In this document: positions 23,295-25,240 of the stretch, one piece after another | Layout of the letters: every line of letters starts with the position of its first letter | How positions within the stretch are numbered: the stretch's first letter is position 1 | DNA from: an uncultured Candidatus Peribacteria bacterium | GTDB taxonomy: Bacteria; Patescibacteriota; Gracilibacteria; UBA1369; 2-02-FULL-48-14 | Assembly (NCBI GenBank): GCA_964356405.1 | Contig: CAYHHJ010000001.1 | Span: 1-25,240 of the forward strand | Reading direction: 5' to 3' | Length of the DNA: 25,240 nt | Made by a program: the position numbers and the translations under genes | The notes under the pieces: generated by a model | Told to the model about the DNA's origin: nothing | The model's input: the letters and a program-made list of their open reading frames with translations, nothing else | Databases searched by the model: none

Positions 23295-24335
23295 TTAAAA
23301 TTGCTGGTTAAAGCGCAGGTCGCCGCTTTGCAAATGGCGGATGTCGTCGATTCCGTATTTCATCATCACTAGGCGAGTGAGGCCAAAACCAAAGGCCCAG
23401 CCTTGATACTTTTTACTGTCCACTCCGCCGGCTTTAAGCACATTTGGGTGAACCATTCCACAGCCCATAAACTCGATCCAACCTGTTTTTTTGCACACAC
23501 GGCAGCCTTTTCCGTCACAAAACACACAAGACATATCCAGCTCAATTCCGGGTTCCACAAAAGGAAAATACCCTGGGCGGAAGCGCACTTTCATTTCTTT
23601 TTTAAAGAGGCGAATAAGGAAATCCTGCATCACGGCTTTGAGGCTGGAGATAGAAATATCGGTATCAATGAGGAGGCCTTCCACTTGATCAAACGTGTGC
23701 TCGTGAGAGGCGTCGGTGGCCTCGTTTCGGAACACGCGGCCCGGCACAATAATACGAAGGGGCGCTCCGTATTTACGCATCGCGCGGAGTTGGTTTGGGG
23801 AGGTTTGGGTTCGCAGCACGAGTTTGCCTTCCACAGGGTCTGCTGGTGCATCTATAAAGAAAGTATCCTGCATGTCGCGGGCGGGGTGGTGTGCGGGAAT
23901 GTTGAGTCCTTCAAAATTATAAAATTCACTTTCAATCTCCGGTCCGTCCACAATGCTGAAACCCATTTGTTGGAAAATTTGTTCCACGTCCATTTGCGTT
24001 TGTGCAATAGGGTGGATGTGTCCAACGGGATAGGCGGTGCCGGGAGCGGTTAGGTCCAGCCATTCATCTTGAAGGGCCTTGTCGATTTCGGCGCGTTCGA
24101 GGGTGCGGGTTCCTTGTTTGAACGCTTCTTCGAGTTCTCCTTTCAGTTCATTGATGGCTTTCCCGGTTTTTTGTTTATCTTCAATAGAGAGGTCTTTCAC
24201 GCCTTTAAGGAGTTCGGTCACGAGTCCACTTTTCCCTAAATATTTTCGCTCAATTTCCTTGAGCTGATCCGTGCTTTTTGCTGACGCGAGGTCTTCTAAA
24301 GCTTCGGTACGAAGAGATTTAAGCTTTTCTAGCAT
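23295..24335 (-). CDS. pheS: Phenylalanine--tRNA ligase alpha subunit
   Basis: Motifs HHPARDMQDTF, LRTQTS, PGRVFR, FDQVEG, YFPFVEP, GCGMVHP and GFGLTRL. Confidence 0.98.
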   Translation of the reverse strand: MLEKLKSLRTEALEDLASAKSTDQLKEIERKYLGKSGLVTELLKGVKDLSIEDKQKTGKAINELKGELEEAFKQGTRTLERAEIDKALQDEWLDLTAPGTAYPVGHIHPIAQTQMDVEQIFQQMGFSIVDGPEIESEFYNFEGLNIPAHHPARDMQDTFFIDAPADPVEGKLVLRTQTSPNQLRAMRKYGAPLRIIVPGRVFRNEATDASHEHTFDQVEGLLIDTDISISSLKAVMQDFLIRLFKKEMKVRFRPGYFPFVEPGIELDMSCVFCDGKGCRVCKKTGWIEFMGCGMVHPNVLKAGGVDSKKYQGWAFGFGLTRLVMMKYGIDDIRHLQSGDLRFNQQF

Positions 24336-24341
24336 GCGCGT

Positions 24342-24350
24342 AGTTTAGCA
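24342..24350 (-). promoter_or_regulatory. Extended -10 (TGCTAAACT) predicting a leaderless pheS mRNA
   Basis: TGnTAnnnT ends 6 nt before ATG 24335, and there is no SD site. Confidence 0.6.
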
Positions 24351-24367
24351 AGGAGAGGCTGAGATGG

Positions 24368-24526
24368 CTAGAGGTGAAGAAGGTGTAGTTTCTTACGCTG
24401 ACGCTTTTCGAGTTGCTTAATGGGGGTCACATAATCTCCTGTTACTGCCCTCAATATACTTTCATAGCGCTCCTCTCTAGCATTATGAATAAATTCGACT
24501 ATAGGGTCATCGCTATACTTTTTCAT
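24368..24526 (-). CDS. Small unannotated protein MKKYSDDPIVEFIHNAREERYESILRAVTGDYVTPIKQLEKRQRKKLHLLHL (52 aa)
   Basis: Manual translation. The ATG overlaps the VapC TGA (ATGA), the ORF fills the otherwise empty 187-bp gap, and it has a DPIVExxxxxR-type N-terminal helix. Confidence 0.68.
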   Translation of the reverse strand: MKKYSDDPIVEFIHNAREERYESILRAVTGDYVTPIKQLEKRQRKKLHLLHL

Positions 24527-24960
24527 TTGTAATCTTTTAGAAGTTGTATATTGCCGAGGGATTTGGTTTTATCGTAATACTTTTTATCTGCGGTGAGAAA
24601 AACACCTTTCATATGCAAAGCCATTGCGTGATAGGAAGCATCGTAAAAAGAAACGCTAGGACATTTTTTCATTATTTTAAAGGCGAGGCCAGTCATCTCA
24701 AGGGTGAGAAGGGCCATTGTTGCTTGTAAAATTTTGAAGTACGAATATTTACGAGTTGCTTCTTCCTCAGACAATTTCCTTCCAAGGTAGTTATTCAACT
24801 CCCACTCCAAAATGGCAGGGAATGCGATTTGAATCTCGTTGTGCACGAAATCATCCTGCATTTTTACTATTTGCTCCCGGTCTTCCGCCTCCCATACACA
24901 CCATTTGAGCATTACACAGGAGTCTGGAATTACAAGTTGTATTTTATTGGCGATCTTCAT
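24523..24960 (-). CDS. vapC: PIN-domain (VapC) toxin
   Basis: Acidic tetrad motifs PDSCV, WELNN, SFYDA and LTADK; 145 aa. Confidence 0.88.
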   Translation of the reverse strand: MKIANKIQLVIPDSCVMLKWCVWEAEDREQIVKMQDDFVHNEIQIAFPAILEWELNNYLGRKLSEEEATRKYSYFKILQATMALLTLEMTGLAFKIMKKCPSVSFYDASYHAMALHMKGVFLTADKKYYDKTKSLGNIQLLKDYK

Positions 24961-25189
24961 GTAATATTTTTAGAATTTCTTTGGTGGTATGGATATGCGT
25001 TTCGTTTTTAATAGATTCGTTCAGCATTTCAATGGCCTTTTTCCGCCCCCAGGTCAGAATTTTTTCGTTTATAGCTTCATCCACAAAACTGCTTCTCTCG
25101 CCAGAGGGGATGAGGTCCCCTAAATTCCTTAGGGTCTCCATCTTTAATATGAAATTTACGCGTTTTCGTTGAGCTGTAGCAGTGTTCAT
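24944..25189 (-). CDS. Putative antitoxin (ribbon-helix-helix-like, VapB role)
   Basis: 81 aa; beta-strand RKRVNFIL followed by helices (ERSSFVDEAI); upstream of the PIN toxin and overlapping it by 17 nt. Confidence 0.75.
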   Translation of the reverse strand: MNTATAQRKRVNFILKMETLRNLGDLIPSGERSSFVDEAINEKILTWGRKKAIEMLNESIKNETHIHTTKEILKILHEDRQ

Positions 25190-25208
25190 AAATAGTAAGT
25201 AACTTTAT

Positions 25209-25228
25209 TACACACTAATTATACACAC
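25209..25228 (-). promoter_or_regulatory. TA operon -10 box (TATAAT) embedded in a GTGTGTA direct repeat (putative operator)
   Basis: TATAAT on - at 25223-25218; TACACAC on + at 25209-25215 and 25222-25228. Confidence 0.55.
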
Positions 25229-25240
25229 GCTCCTCTGTTC

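Noticed and set aside
373-24267. The many antisense or off-frame ORFs in the track (e.g. 7763-8467, 10991-11779, 12095-13057, 16282-17013, 23403-24053)
   Set aside because: They lie wholly over well-supported genes and have no recognisable motifs, so they are typical shadow ORFs.
1-25240. Alternative genetic code 25 (TGA=Gly), as in Gracilibacteria/SR1
   Set aside because: Long genes have no in-frame TGA, and TGA ends several genes in ATGA overlaps.
1-25240. tRNA, rRNA, CRISPR array, IS element or integrase
   Set aside because: The intergenic gaps are too short or are explained by other features. T-loop-like GGTTCGA hits (near 6963 and 8823) are inside genes, and I saw no spaced repeats or transposase motifs.

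Overview
A gene-dense bacterial window of about 50% GC, read with genetic code 11 (TGA is used as a stop and no long gene has an in-frame TGA). Shine-Dalgarno sites are essentially absent, start and stop codons often overlap, and several transcripts appear leaderless. Gene content and style suggest a Patescibacteria/CPR genome of the Peregrinibacteria type; this is inference. From left to right: (1) a minus-strand shikimate operon aroA-aroK-aroQ-aroE-aroF-aroB (aroB runs off the left edge), preceded by an unannotated Phe-rich leader peptide (MTHTYFFSSFKFFAHQRGL) and a complete 1:2 / 2:3 / 3:4 attenuator; (2) a divergent operon encoding a TrhP-like U32 Fe-S hydroxylase, a ferredoxin, an EamA transporter and a GIY-YIG protein; (3) a PLDc_N membrane protein and an ABC-F ATPase; (4) a hypothetical protein, a type IB topoisomerase whose catalytic Arg is replaced by Ser, a plant-like tandem D-Ala-D-Ala ligase, a GGQ release-factor homolog, a UPF0489 protein and an orphan histidine kinase; (5) an O-antigen-ligase-family gene divergent from rdgB, a glutaredoxin-like gene and an O-methyltransferase; (6) a class A PBP and pheS-(PQ-loop)-pheT; (7) an AT-rich antitoxin-VapC islet with a hidden third 52-aa gene. 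No tRNA, rRNA, CRISPR array or transposase was seen. The best candidate for an undescribed system is the divergent locus at 1-7166. There a Phe-sensing attenuated shikimate operon is paired with a prephenate-dependent-type U32 hydroxylase and ferredoxin, and a TrmR-like methyltransferase lies further along the window.
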